Made by a program: the position numbers and the translations under genes. A model generated the notes under the pieces. The model had not been told where the DNA came from and made no database searches. It saw only the letters and a list, made by a program, of their open reading frames with translations. DNA of 63,016 nucleotides, the filler included, from Asterionella formosa (Eukaryota), in NCBI GenBank assembly GCA_002256025.1. It is 26 parts of 26 records of this genome, joined end to end, with 100 filler letters (N's around TTAATTAATTAA, not from the genome) between each part and the next. Parts side by side here need not be neighbours in the genome. Positions count along the whole stretch, not along the records: positions 48,604 to 50,923 come from NKIB01015430.1; positions 51,024 to 53,342 come from NKIB01015432.1; positions 53,443 to 55,761 come from NKIB01015433.1; positions 55,862 to 58,180 come from NKIB01015434.1; positions 58,281 to 60,598 come from NKIB01015435.1; positions 60,699 to 63,016 come from NKIB01015436.1; 20 more parts are not named here. One strand, 5' to 3'. Numbering within the stretch: position 1 is the stretch's first letter; every line of letters begins with the position of its first letter. This document shows positions 50,000 through 63,016 of the stretch, piece after piece.

Positions 50000-50923
50000 C
50001 TATTCTTCTAGCATGCCCATGGATAAATGCTTTTCTTGCTTGCGAAGGATCAACACCAATGTCTGCCATCTTAACTGAGGATGGCGGCGTATATGATGCT
50101 GATTGTTACCATCATTTACCACCAGAGTTTCTACTACTTCATAATACATTGCCAGAACTGAGGACACTGTATGAGTTTCAACCCACTTTCCAGTAGCCCT
50201 GACTTTGTTCTCTAAGTATACCATCAAGAATCTTATGTCACACAGAATTTTGCGAGCCTTTCTAGTACCACGACCCTCCTCTGCCATTATGAAATCTAGA
50301 TGGTAGACATCTCTTCCTTGCAAAATCTTAAGGGGAGGAACATCATTCCTCACATCTCCCAACCACCATTGCATCCACAAGTCTAAGGGACCAAGACTCA
50401 TTGGTAACCTCCATGTCTGGGGTAGAACATGGAATTGCCCACCATACATATGTAGTGTAAACCGCTTTGGTGCAATCATAGTAGTGCCATCTCTACCAGT
50501 AATTCCAGGTCCTCCATTAATAACCGCAAGTTCTGCTCCTGAATGTAATGAATTTTGCCCAGCTGCTGCAACAGCTGCCCTAAGGTCACTGGTCCCTTGA
50601 CGAATTAGGTCAATCATTCTGGTATCACCCAACATTCCACCATTTATTTGTCTCTGGTCAAGTTGTTTTGTAAGTCTCTCATCAAACTGATCTACAAGAC
50701 CTAAGATTAAGCGCTGCAGCCCCTGCACTTCTTGCAATAGTGCAACATGAGGAGGTATCCCTGTGAATACCAGAATAGAAGATTCTGGGTCCCATGGATA
50801 TAGGACCCGTGTGTGGTTGCTGGCAAACTCAAGCCCAACCTCAGCAACTCGAAATAATGTGGACTGCCTCATTGGATGAGAATGATCCCACATTTCCACT
50901 TTCGCTCGATGAAGTACAATCGC
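50000..50923 (-). mobile_element. C-terminal part of a CryptonS-like protein
   Basis: HPMRQSTLF, FTGIPPHVALL, YGGQFHVLPQTWRLP..LWMQWWLGD..VPPL and QLRWQTL, as recalled from oomycete/diatom Crypton C-termini. Confidence 0.6.
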
Positions 50924-52539
50924 NNNNNNNNNNNNNNNNNNNNNNNNNNNNNNNNNNNNNNNNNNNNTTAATTAATTAANNNNNNNNNNNNNNNNNNNNN
51001 NNNNNNNNNNNNNNNNNNNNNNNGTCTCCCTGTCACTACAATCTTCCTCCGTTACACCAATTCAAATGAGATAGAAGTGATCCAGCCTCACACTGCTCAT
51101 ACAATCAAATCATCGCTCACACCTAACTACCTTTGAGTTATGTTTTCTGCTATCAATCTTTTGCAATTAAACCACCATGATCACTTAAATCATGAGCTGC
51201 TGTTCGATACCGGTAAGTTTTTCTATGATCACTTCTATTGCGATATCAGTATAGATGAAAAATGATTTTTTGTATCACTGAAGATATATCTACCGTAAAT
51301 CCAATGTTCCTATCTCCCCAAATGTACACACCCACGACTAGATTTACTGATGATGGCGATTTTAGCTTTGCCCACTTCCGTTTTTCAAAATGTCATGATC
51401 CCCATTGTCTTTTCCATGGTTGGAAACATACAAATATTGATAAGTATTTCTTGCATCGGTTTCTATTATCATTTTACTTTCCAAATTTTGGCGCACTTGT
51501 GCTAGAAAGTTAGCTCAAGTCACATACTAATTTGTAGAGTGACATAGTTAGCTTAAGAAATCTATTTCCAGCCACATTTTATCTTTTGTAGGTTCTACAA
51601 GGTTCTGTTGTGCTCAAATTTCCGCAAGCCAACCAATCATTCTTTGATTCTTGTGTATCAGCACGAGCACGAAAAAATTCGCCTCACTCATAAACAAGGT
51701 GTAATGTCAAAAAACCCAAGGCAGTTAATGCATCCTTTTGCAGTGTCAATACAAACAACCAATTCTTATTTGAAAATATCTTGTTTCACATATTTTCCTT
51801 CAATTAATCATGTTATTGTTTTAGTCGTCGTTGTAGTCACTACACAGATACTGTGAAATGTCAAGTCTATTCATAGCATCCTTTGCCTCTAGTTTTCGTT
51901 CTCAATATTTGTTATTAGAATAGTTCTTTAACAATTTTTTTTCTATGTTCTTCTTGATATATGGACCAAAATGGAAAGCGTCGTTCTCAATTTTCATGTA
52001 GATATTCGCTATTTTTGTCATGGTCAAGGCTTTGACAACATGATACAAGATGCTCCATCCAAAGTTGGCTAACAGGGTGCTGTTATAGAGACTAACAAGT
52101 TGGTGATTGTTTCCAAGAAGGAGCTGTATCTGTGGCATATCAAATGTTTTGTCCAAATTCGTGTTTCTCACATTCCAGGGTTGTTTGGAAGCAATTTAAT
52201 TATTATGCCATGGCAGAAACAATTAACAGAGTGAACCAGAAGTGGGAAAAGAAGCATGATTGAGACAAGGGTATTTACCAATTAAAATCCTCTACTATTG
52301 TGTGCTCCATCAATTTATTTCATACCTTGTTAGATGTACTGCTGGAAGCAGTTAAATCAATAGGTTCAAGTTCCAGCACATACCTGCATATGTAATGGTC
52401 ACATGTATCTCCACCACACTGCATCAATTAACCAAAAAATGACTTCACCAGAGGGACCGGTATGTAGTAATAATCCTCTACCACATGAAGGTATTATGGT
52501 TCTTCCCAGTTACCGGTACATCCAATGCCTTCCACGGTC

Positions 52540-52890
52540 ACTACCGGTACATAGGTAGTAAATATTTAAATACTTAAAAGATAACTGTTCGGCAATTGAA
52601 CATCATTTATTAGTAACTGGAGTATGGTACCATCGACCAATCGCTGCTACTACTGGTGCATATGATATTATACTGGAACAAAAGGAGTACCGGACAGGTC
52701 AGCACATGCCAAATACGCATTACCGGGTACATAGGTAGTAACTATTGAAATACTTAGAGATAACTGTTCAGCAATTGAAGAGTATTTATTAGTATCTGAA
52801 GTATAATATCATCGACCAATGGCTGCAACTACTGGTTCACATGATATTATACTGGAACAAAGGGAGTACCGGTCATGTCAGCACATGCCA
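52540..52890. repeat. Direct tandem duplication, ~180-bp unit
   Basis: gtacataggtagta..aaatactta..gataactgttc..catcgaccaat..gatattatactggaacaaa.ggagtaccgg..gtcagcacatgcca occurs twice. Confidence 0.85.
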
Positions 52891-52934
52891 TATAGTTTAT
52901 CGGTAAGTACATCGGCTTTCTCATGAGTGTACCT

Positions 52935-53037
52935 GCAAGTTGTGGTAATTGTCCTGAAACTGAAACGTTATCTATATCTTTACGGGAATCCTAAGTATTA
53001 TTTTGTTAACTTCGTCAGCAAAATGACCCCAACTTGC
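52935..53037. mobile_element. 103-bp TIR element of the GCAAGTTG family
   Basis: GCAAGTTGTGGTAATTGTCCTGA ... TCAGCAAAATGACCCCAACTTGC. Confidence 0.6.
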
Positions 53038-53442
53038 TGGCACTTTTTTCCTCTTTAAGTATTCGCTCCCAGTACACGTTTCCGTAGCCGCTACGTATTT
53101 GTCCGACATCTCAAGTGCTCCATGTTGTGACAACTCGTTTCTCTCTATTAAATTTTTCCATTATGGACGTTTGTTTCGCGTTTACAAGGGTAAGAAGATT
53201 GAACACAACGTATATGATGTGGATTTGTTCCTGGAATTCCAGACCTATGTTTGATGCTTCTTGGGGTCATAGTTTCTACCGGTATATGCATTGCAACGTC
53301 ATGATTTCGGCTTTAGATGCTGTTAGCGGACAAAGGAACGGANNNNNNNNNNNNNNNNNNNNNNNNNNNNNNNNNNNNNNNNNNNNTTAATTAATTAANN
53401 NNNNNNNNNNNNNNNNNNNNNNNNNNNNNNNNNNNNNNNNNN

Positions 53443-55761
53443 TCAATCTCTGCTTTGATTGCCTTGGTCCATTCGTCTTTTTCGTTACTTAATAGTGCCT
53501 GCTTGTAGCTCTTGGGTTCCAGTGGGTCAGAAGCTAGGCTCGTTGAGTGTGCTTCCTCACTAGGTTGGTACTCTTCGTTGGTATCTTCGATGGTGTCATC
53601 ATCCAATATTAGCGTGCGTGCTGCGGATGATTGCTGACGTGTGCCTGCACGAGTAGGAGTAGGTGAGGTCACAAAGCCTGTAGATAGCCTATTCATTTCT
53701 CGATCGAGCTTTGTAGATTTCGTAGCATAATTCGTACGAGGCTCGTTCGTATTCATACCACCTGCGACGGAATCTGCAAAGCTCACTCCCTTGGGAGTAC
53801 TGGGATCGTCTTGTTTCGTTGGTAGTAGTGTGGTAGCCCCTTGCTCGTCAGGAGGCATTGCATTGGTAGGTTTAGTAGGAGTGGAGGCCTTGAGGGTCGT
53901 GACTTAAGGTACCACTTTGGCCTTTGCCTTACCTAGTGCGCAGCCTTCACACGACTGAATCTTGCCCGTAGGTTCAATACCGAGGGACTTTAGCGTTGCG
54001 CGAAGGGATGCCTCGCTGATGTGGCCATATTTGTCGTGGGCCTCGTTGATGTCAATTTGCGTTGGTTTCTTAGTAGTTTTTGCCGTAGGAAGTTGCGTCA
54101 CTGTCTTGGTATTCGTTGGAGTAGGATCAGGTGTATGGTTTGTTGTCGAGTTGTGGATAAACAAGACCGTTTCCGATTGTAGGGTACCTTTTCCCTTGAA
54201 GTAGTAGAGGACGCAATGATCCTCACAAGAAAAGGTTAGTTTGTTGTCGTACCCTTCCTTATGTAGACTCAACTCAGACCCCTTCATGCGTGCCTCGCAC
54301 CCTCTGTTCTTGACAAATTGCCCGATACTGACGATATTCTTGTGGAAGTGAGGAGTGTAGAGTACCTTGCGTAGTAACATGGAGCACGTCTTGTTGGTAA
54401 TCAGAATATCACCTCGTTTCGTGCATACCACCCTTTACCGTCACCAACAATGACCGAGACGTTGACATTTTCGACGTTTGTCATGTATTCGTCAGTCATA
54501 GTGATGTGCGTGGTAGCCCCAGTGTCCGCGAGCCAGCGCTCCGTTCCGTTGCTTGATGCGCAGTATTGGTCTTCGTACCACTCGTCTTCCATTGTAGGGA
54601 CGAAACACACGCGTAGGAGTTCTTCAGTAGGAGTCTCGGTAGCTTTCTGCGTCACGTCCATGGTACCGGGGATATCGTCCGTCGCCTCCATACCAGTAAT
54701 CTCCTCGCACATTCCCACGTACATTCCGGTTTCTTTTTTCTTCTCGCCGCGTGGTGCGCGTTTTGGTTCCGGGCAGTCTCTTGCAATATGCCCGACATAT
54801 TTATTGCAATTATAGCACTTTATCTCATTTTTTTCGTTCGTACCGTTTGCATTCGTTCCGCTTGTGTTCGTTTTCGATCGGCACACGTCGGCCTTGTGCC
54901 CTTGTTTGCCGCAGTTCTTGCAGATACCTTTGTATTTCTGCGTGAATAGGGCGATCTCCTTTGCGCTCTTCGTGCCCTTTAGCTTTCGTTTGTAGAATGC
55001 TCGGATCTTTCCTTTCAATTCGTTGAGGCTGATTGTTGTCATGCCCTTGACGACTGTAACAACCTCGCTGTATTCCACTGGAAGCTTGTCGATTACGTTC
55101 GCAATCACTTCCATTTCTTTCTTCTCAAATGACGGGTCGATCGCCATCATCTTGCTTTGTATTAGATCGAGCTCAATGAACCATTCGTCTGGATCAGAGG
55201 AGCTATCGTTCAGCTTGCATTTGTTGAAATCGCTTGCCAGCTGGATCAGGTCCGACACAGAATGGGGGGCATACCTCGCTTCGAGGTTCTTCCACGCCAT
55301 GTATGCATCGCCATCGATCAACGTTTTCGTTTTGGCTTGGTTTACAAGTCCGAAGGCGATTCCGGTGCAGCTCATGATGAGCAACTGGTACACCTTGTCG
55401 TTGGCCTCGTAGATAGCCCTGACTCCTTTGTCTGTCTCGACTTTGTACTCTTCGTCAGAACACGGGTTGTGGTTCTTGGAGTACATCGTTCGGAATCCTC
55501 TTGCCTTCGCCAGAGCGAGCGTTTTAACGCTCCACTGGTACCAGTTCGTTTCGTTGCCATCAAACTTGATGAGCCTCATGCTCTCTTCAGACATTTCTGT
55601 AGACATGTTTAAACACTTAAGTCCGTTTATAAACGTGTTAAAGTATTACCTTTTGTATAGATCTATATCGTTAGACAAAGAAGACTATAGATAGAGACGT
55701 TCGTTTCTCTTTCCGTTTCTATATTCTTATTGTGAGTTTACTAGCTAATCTAGTTTAGGTT
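53443..55761 (-). mobile_element. Ty1/copia, same family as 7320-9656, internally deleted; includes the gag start (55606)
   Basis: gag (FDG..W..W, WKNLEARY, two CCHC knuckles) and protease. Frameshift at ~54432, stop at 53904, integrase core missing. Confidence 0.95.
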
Positions 55762-58700
55762 NNNNNNNNNNNNNNNNNNNNNNNNNNNNNNNNNNNNNNN
55801 NNNNNTTAATTAATTAANNNNNNNNNNNNNNNNNNNNNNNNNNNNNNNNNNNNNNNNNNNNTCTTTAAGGTCTTGAGACAGGCAACGAAGTCGATTATAA
55901 ACATGTTGAAATGTTTTATTGAGTAATATCATGGCATCCAGCCACTGTTATTGACTCTCAGAGATATCATGAAGAAGGTAATCTTCCAGCCACATCACTA
56001 TGACTTTCTTGTTGAGACTGTTATGGTGGGACTGAGCATCTGAGTGTATTGCAACGCTCATCCAGTCAGACAGGACGATATCTATGAGTCATCTTTTGCA
56101 GCAGTAGGTGAACAAGCAAGGAATCTGCTGGACTGAAGATATATGTGTTAGCCATATCACAGGATTTACTGAAATCAATAAACAAGCTTCCTCTGAGCGT
56201 CAATTGATCATATCTTTGCTGTAAGACTCCAAATGTCGACCTGGCTTGTTAGGATACACAAAGAAGTTTGAATCTTGATGTTTAGTATGTTGTTATCCTT
56301 CATCAATGGGACCACTGGAACTTGAGAGGACATCAACAATATTAATTCTAATTGGACTCTTTTTGAATTCAAAGTGAAGTATCTAACTAGAAGTAGTAGT
56401 ATTTGTTGAATATATGAGCTTATTTGTTAATCCTTGTGTGTAACTCATTCTCTAAGTCGACACCAAAGTATACAATGAGGGTTAGTCGAGTTCTCTCATT
56501 ATTGAGTTCTGATACATATATGATATAACACTAACCCTATATACATCTGTATTGATGTGCAAGATCGCTCACCTGGTACCTGGTACCCTGGTCCTTCGTC
56601 GTGCAATGCAATACTATGCCAGTGCGTATTGACAATTAATTTTATGTACCCCCAATAATACCATTTTTTGCCGTAGTGAAAGCTAGTGCACTGGTAGTTT
56701 ACTAGCATGACACAGGTACAAAGCATGCACTGGACTAGAAATAGTTTGTGAGTGGTGGGCGGTGCCTGGTACTCCAGGTACCTGGTACGAGTACCAGGTA
56801 CCCTGGTACCTGTGCCACTACCGGTACCACTACCTGGTACTGCAGGATATTGCTAGCTTCGTCGTGTGTGATGCGAATTTAACTAGTCTTATGTATATTT
56901 AAGCAGGCCATGAAATAACTTCCGGTATGTACATTGAAAATAAAATTAGAATTTAATATAGTAAGCATGTATGTTACTATTCAGTAGTTTATGTATTTAT
57001 CTAGCTAAACAGGGTTGTAGTTGTGGATGCTCACCACCACTGCAATCTTTCAACATTTGGGTGAGGAGAATGTGAGTTACACTCCTCTTATCCTGACCAT
57101 ATGTCTCATAGATTTAGTCCAGGGCTACATGTGCCATGTACCCACTCAAACTAGCTAGATTTGCCACTGCTTCCCAGAGAACCTTGCGCCGATAGTAGAT
57201 GCATATTTCCCCATCCTCCCTCCTGCCCTGCTGCTTGTAAATAGTAGCCTTTCTGGTTTTTTTGTTCTCAATTCCAACTTCCTATTCTTACCAAGGAACA
57301 AGTTTAGTTTGGCGTATTGGAAGGTTACTTTTATAATCAGGATCCACATCCATATTTATTTGTTTGTCCTCAATACCTGCTTGATTGTTGGTGTTGTTGG
57401 TTCCTAGAGCAAGCTGTTCTACATTGACCTTTGGTACATTGCTTGGCTGGGTAGCCTAGCTAAACATGAGACATTTAAATAGCTACAACTTACTACATAG
57501 CAAATGTTGACTATTCCAATAGCTCTACTAAGGTAGAATCTTAGCTAGCTCAAGAATGGATCTGACATATGGGGATAGTGCTGCTATGTAAACTAACCCA
57601 GGTATATGATTCATCAGTTATAGACATGTTGTACAAACACAAGGCATAACAACTTCAGAACATTTAATACAATGTCTGATCTTGATGTTAATTGTTGAAT
57701 TTGCCCCTCAACATTCACACTTCTTCCAACTGTAGATGGTGCTGTCATGTCCATTGGACCTACCACAACTGGAGGAACGCCGTCACCACTAAACCTTCAT
57801 GGACAAGCAAATAGTTTTGCATGGTACATGGTTATGAACACTGAAGTCATTTACGCACCGGTATATTGTCAACTGGTGATACTGTCTATGGTCCGGCGGT
57901 CCTACTTATATGTGTGGTGTACGCATAGGCATGTCAAAAAATCATTCATAATGCATACGATGTACATATGCTGGGAAACCACCATCCTCCTTGGGATGTA
58001 TGTATATACCGGTATACGGTATACTATGTGTACCCTGGTACCTGCTGTCTGCGTACCAGTCAAAAACTGCTTAAGACCACTATGAACTGCTTAGACCACT
58101 ATAACGGGGTAATCTTACATTTTGTACTACAAACTTTTTCAATTTGAGCAATACGACCATATTTACTATGAACAAGTCATNNNNNNNNNNNNNNNNNNNN
58201 NNNNNNNNNNNNNNNNNNNNNNNNTTAATTAATTAANNNNNNNNNNNNNNNNNNNNNNNNNNNNNNNNNNNNNNNNNNNNGAGGACGATTTCCGTACCGG
58301 TGGAAAGGGATGGTGGAACTAAGCTATACAACGGAAAATTGTTACTAATATCTAATCCGCAAGAGCTCCTCAAAGTTATTGTACGTCCTTTGTCACTGAT
58401 TGTTTACGTAGTAGCAATGTTGAATTGGCTGTCATTAATTTAATTGACTAGCATATGATAGCTACAACTCTCTAGCTAGACACGCTCGTACTGCTTTTCC
58501 AACAAAATAGTTTTCACTGGCGCAAGCAGCAATGGTTCGGGCAAGTCTGCCTTGGGCAAAGTCATGCTGCGTTATGTGAACACATGCTCATGACAATATG
58601 CAGACTAAAATAAGTTCCTTAACAACAATTGCTATCCCTTCTGCCGGTACTTGGTAACAGGTACCTGTACCTAATTCCAATCATGCTGTGGGGAATATGT

Positions 58701-58786
58701 GCCTGAACGGTAAGGTACCTGGTACTGTAGTAAAGCTCTGCAAATGTGATAGTGAGTACAATAGATTTGTTGTCTAACGGTATGTA

Positions 58787-58875
58787 GGAGGCTCCAGTCT
58801 CGGTAGGATGGATTCCTTACTGGTAGTAGGACAGCACGCCTTCATAGGCGGTGGGTTCGATTTCTGCAATCTCCA
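58787..58875 (+). pseudogene. Possible degenerate tRNA-derived sequence
   Basis: GGTTCGATT B-box-like motif and partial acceptor pairing GGAGGCT/AATCTCC; no clear anticodon arm. Confidence 0.2.
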
Positions 58876-60698
58876 CCTGTCTTTCTTTATCATGAAGACC
58901 CTAGGGTGCAGCTAATGCATGAATTTAAAAAAGATCCCATTGTAACGAATGGACAATTAAAACCAGTACAGATCCCATGCACCAGTACCCAAAGTCACCA
59001 CGTTTGTTGGGATGATCCTGCAAAACAAAATTTTTGGTTTCTTATTACTGTTTTGGTCAGGGAGACGAAAAAGCGATGCAAACAGTTTTTAGGAAAACCT
59101 AATTGTCAGCCACCCATGGGCTGTGATGTAGTAGGAAGACAAAAATATAATTAAAAATGCAATTCTATTTCTTGGGAATTAATTAGTTTTTACCGCAATT
59201 GTGGACTCAAATAAAATGTATTCTGAGTATGGAGACTGGCAGTGGAAACAACGATATGGCGATGATGATCCACCTATTCTTAACAGATTAATAGTGAATT
59301 TGCCAATACCAGGAAATAGGCAACTTTGTATCTTGTATTAGTTTTTACTATTCTTGTTGCATCCACCATGTCTTGGCAACCCAATCAGATCATCAATTCC
59401 AATTTAAGGTATATCTTGCTTTGGACATGCCAATACAAGAAGTACCTTAATTTTAACCCAATGCAAGGTAGTAGCACAGAATTTTAACCAAAACAAGGTA
59501 TCCCTCGAAGCAGAACCAATAACTCATTTGCGCAACCCATAACAGTACTACCAGGATAATCTTTCAAGATTAATAGCAAACTAATATCTATAATACTACC
59601 ATTATATTCTTTAATGAATATTCAAATTTTTTTGCTTTTTAAATAAGAAGACAAATATACCGTTGAGTCCTAGTATAGCAATATCGAATTTCTGAAATTT
59701 TTTGCAACATCTGTTGGTTTTCGAGACCCAGCTTTGCCTTCTTCATGATTGCAATTCAACATTACTTTATCATACAAAGCAAATTGGAGCACAGAGAAAG
59801 ATATATTTACAATGAAGCACTGCAATGAAAGAAGCAAGAGCATGGTTAAGAAATATCATGCAAGAAAAATACATAAAAAATTCATAAATTTTGAATACAT
59901 ACATCATTTTGTAGGAAACAACTGGAGCTGTTTCCATTCCAATCACTCACTCAAAAATTCACCAGTCACACCATCACAATGAAAGGAGCACTGATACAGA
60001 GATGTCGATTCTGAAGCACTCCAAAAATGTCAAGAATCATGAGGACATACAAGCATTGATGCACAGGCAGTTGTTTTATTAAGTCCAAGAAAGTGAAATA
60101 ATATCTTTGCTTAGGTGCCGCCGTGGCATGAAACAATTTCAATTCCTGAAACATGGCAACTTGTCTATGGTTGTGTGCATTCCCTGTTCAGTAGGTGATG
60201 AATGAAATAAGTGAGAAAATGATTTGATTCACAGCATTGTAAGTCATTTGAAATAACTTGGAGGTAATGATGTTGTAATGTCAATGAATAGCATTGGCTC
60301 AGGGATGTCCCTGTGTCACCAGTATGCAAATCATTTGTATTTACTGGCATTTATACCACACAAAAAAGTACAGAATAACGGAATAATTTGGACAACACAA
60401 TTTATGTTCCCTGACAGCTAGTCACATTGTTGCCAAATTCCGGTATCGGTAGGCATTCCTGGATGGCTGATCATTTAAAACAAAAATGTACCAAATATAA
60501 TCTTTAAAATGGACACAAATGGAAAAAGCGTTAATAATGCTAACAAAGATGTAAAACTCAACCCAATGATATATATCAGGGCCTGAACAGACAACTGGNN
60601 NNNNNNNNNNNNNNNNNNNNNNNNNNNNNNNNNNNNNNNNNNTTAATTAATTAANNNNNNNNNNNNNNNNNNNNNNNNNNNNNNNNNNNNNNNNNNNN

Positions 60699-60759
60699 CA
60701 TAATTAACACTCCTACATAGAACAAATTTCGAAAAGTGGCATATTTCGCGGCTTAGATG
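60699..60759 (+). repeat. 61-bp repeat shared with 19677-19737 (partial third copy at 19495-19527)
   Basis: cataattaacactc.tac.taga..aaatttcgaaaagtggc.tatttcgcggcttagatg, 56/61 identical. Confidence 0.85.
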
Positions 60760-63016
60760 TTTGTCTGCAGCGGGAGAGTCCTCGGGATGAGGAACAGCGG
60801 CCCTTACGAGAGTACTATCAAATGCGTTTTTGGCTGCGCCCATTAACAGGACATTAGCCATCGCGATTTTTGCCATGCCAGTCTCAAGGGGCTTAAGCCT
60901 GATGACATCGGCAAATGCTAATTTCCACCTAATGTAACGGGTGTACCTCCTGCCAATTGTCCTGTATTCAATGCCAGCGATTTTGTGCATGATTCAAAGA
61001 ATGTTTCACAATATGATTGACCCAATGGGTCAATACAAAGCTCGTTGGTAACATACTGCTTCAAGATCTCGTAGTTTTTCAGAGCGGACGCATTTGGGTG
61101 GGTCAGCACAGCCCAGAGAAGCATGAGTACCTCAACGCGGACCACTTCCGAGCAAAAGTAGTGCACACCAAGTTGCCCTGCTTTGGCGTCCATGTTTGCT
61201 CATGTTGCAAGTGCACCACAAAACTCGGCAACTTCAAACAGTGAGCTACCTTTTTCAGCATTCAGGGTACCTACCATCAGACCTCCGCCCCACAACTGCG
61301 GTAGAGGATCAATGCCGGCATTTTGGCATGTTACCCAACCACGCGAGGGGGAGGTTGCAACTCCTCATCTTCCTTCGACTTGTACTGGTAATAATCAATG
61401 TCTCTATCCGTTCCCGGTTGCACTTTGTCTGCCTCAGATAGAAACCACCATTTTTGCTGTGAGCGCATTGTACAACGAAACAGAGTGAGGTCCTTTCCGG
61501 GAACACCGGGCATACCCGTCAGCTGTAATCACTCCTGCGAATTCGATTATTCCGTTAACGAATTGGAGACCTCCTGCTTGAGACACCTCGAACATCTTTG
61601 GTGGTGGACGATGATTTTTGCATGCCTCGATACAATCCTTGAGCTGTTCCCAACCAGTTAGTCTCAAGGGAAGTAATCGAGACGTGATCAATTTCAAAAT
61701 CAAACCGCGCCAAACCGAATAAAACTTATACGTCTGCGAGAGACAACGAGACGATCAAAGATTTTCTGCAAATACTCGCGACGACAGGTGATGATCAGCT
61801 CCGGTGGTTGTTTCTTGAGGGATTCATTGGTGAAGCTGTTCATGTAATCCATCACAGCTTGTGATACCATGATCGCATGATTGCATGATCTTCCATCTCC
61901 TTTGCAGACGACTTGTCATCGTTTACAATTTGTCGACTGGGAACGGCATCAAACGAGTGCGTTTAGAATCTGATGCAAAAACTCCAACAAAGGGAAAAGC
62001 GGTGTATTGATCCTGACTGACAAATAGTCAGCAAGCATAGAGAAACCGCCTTTAGCATGGAACCGTTGAATCATGCATCGCGACCCGAATTTCAAAAAGC
62101 ACATTCAAGTGATTTTTTCACATTCGAATTCCCTTTGTAGTAAAGCTTTCTTTCGATTGAAAATAAGAGCTCTAGAACTGGAAGCAAGGAACACTCGCTC
62201 GCCTTTGCGTTTTTTTTGTTGGATCTTAATGTCGTTCGCAATGATCATGGTCGCAAACTCCAAACTTACTTCCACACAACCATGTTCATGTTGTCAGATC
62301 GTTAAAGGCTGTTTGCTCTATATACGAGAATTCCAATAACTTGGTGCATGTATCCCTCAACAAAACGCCGAGCAAGTTCCGATAACTTGGTGCCAGAAAC
62401 CGATTCGATGCATCCAGTGATTCAACTGCATTTTTCCATACAACTGCGCATCAAGCCGGAGAATGAACGAAGAGTTAGCATTATAGTCATTCAGCTCTGG
62501 AATTTCCTTGTCCAAAATTGCTTGTCAGAAATAAAAGATATTTGATCCGGCATACCGGGAACGTAGTCGTAAATATTTAAACTCCCAGTTAAACCCGCAT
62601 ACCGGTAGTCGAAAAAGCACTAGTAGTTTACTAGTACTAGAGTACAGTGCACAAAGCTAGCGACAATACCTGTAGTGAAAGAGGGAACGATGGAGAAGGA
62701 CGACGAGGACGAACGAGGAGGAGGAGAGTTGTTTGAGTCGGTTAACGAACCTGACAAGCTCAAAGAGAGTTTGGAAGGGGGTATGTTCAAAGCAAGAGTT
62801 GTCAGAGGACGGAAGAAAATGGATGAGCAAGAGCCCGATGACCAGCATCAAGGAAAGAATATCCCATCATGGTCATGCAGTGAGCACTGAGAGTAGCAAA
62901 TGGTAAAGCTTTGGTGAAGTGGTCCGCATAATTGTGAGCAGATGACACACGGTGAAAAGAGACTCGACCATGGCGAACATGTTCCTGGAGTGCCTGTGTC
63001 TTAGTGGCTATATGAC

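Noticed and set aside
58787..58875. Functional tRNA gene
   Set aside because: The T-stem pairs poorly and no canonical D or anticodon arm is present; kept only as a low-confidence remnant.
59640..60360. Decayed minus-strand coding remnant
   Set aside because: Many stops and no diagnostic motif that would support a family call.
2342..60698. Regularly spaced TTAATTAATTAA as a biological repeat or CRISPR-like array; gene neighbourhoods across spacers
   Set aside because: Artificial linker inside N-runs. Contigs are size-sorted and unrelated, and ORF tails ending XXX-LIN are artefacts.

Overview
This window is not a contiguous locus. It is 26 unrelated short contigs (about 2.32-2.34 kb, roughly in decreasing length) joined by artificial 100-nt spacers (N-run, TTAATTAATTAA, N-run). 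The DNA is eukaryotic: spliceosomal introns are present, and the 18S rRNA 5' end looks like that of a pennate diatom. Most contigs are repeat fragments: Ty1/copia (three pieces, one with a chromodomain-like insert), Ty3/gypsy pol, LINE-like remnants, a PIF/Harbinger transposase pseudogene with related MITEs, a Plavaka-like transposase, and two distinct kinds of Crypton-type tyrosine-recombinase element. Host genes are GAR1 (complete, 3 introns), a USP-family deubiquitinase C-terminus, a SAM methyltransferase, a plastid-targeted flavoprotein disulfide reductase and a secreted Pro/Thr-repeat protein. The most unusual signals are: a tail-to-head Crypton junction (tandem array or circle); a chain of Harbinger-family ends each separated by one TTA/TAA; repeated 21-nt microexon-like cassettes; and a pervasive GGTACC/(TACCTGG)n motif that also sits at a Crypton boundary. 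All family calls come from motif recognition by eye; no searches were run.
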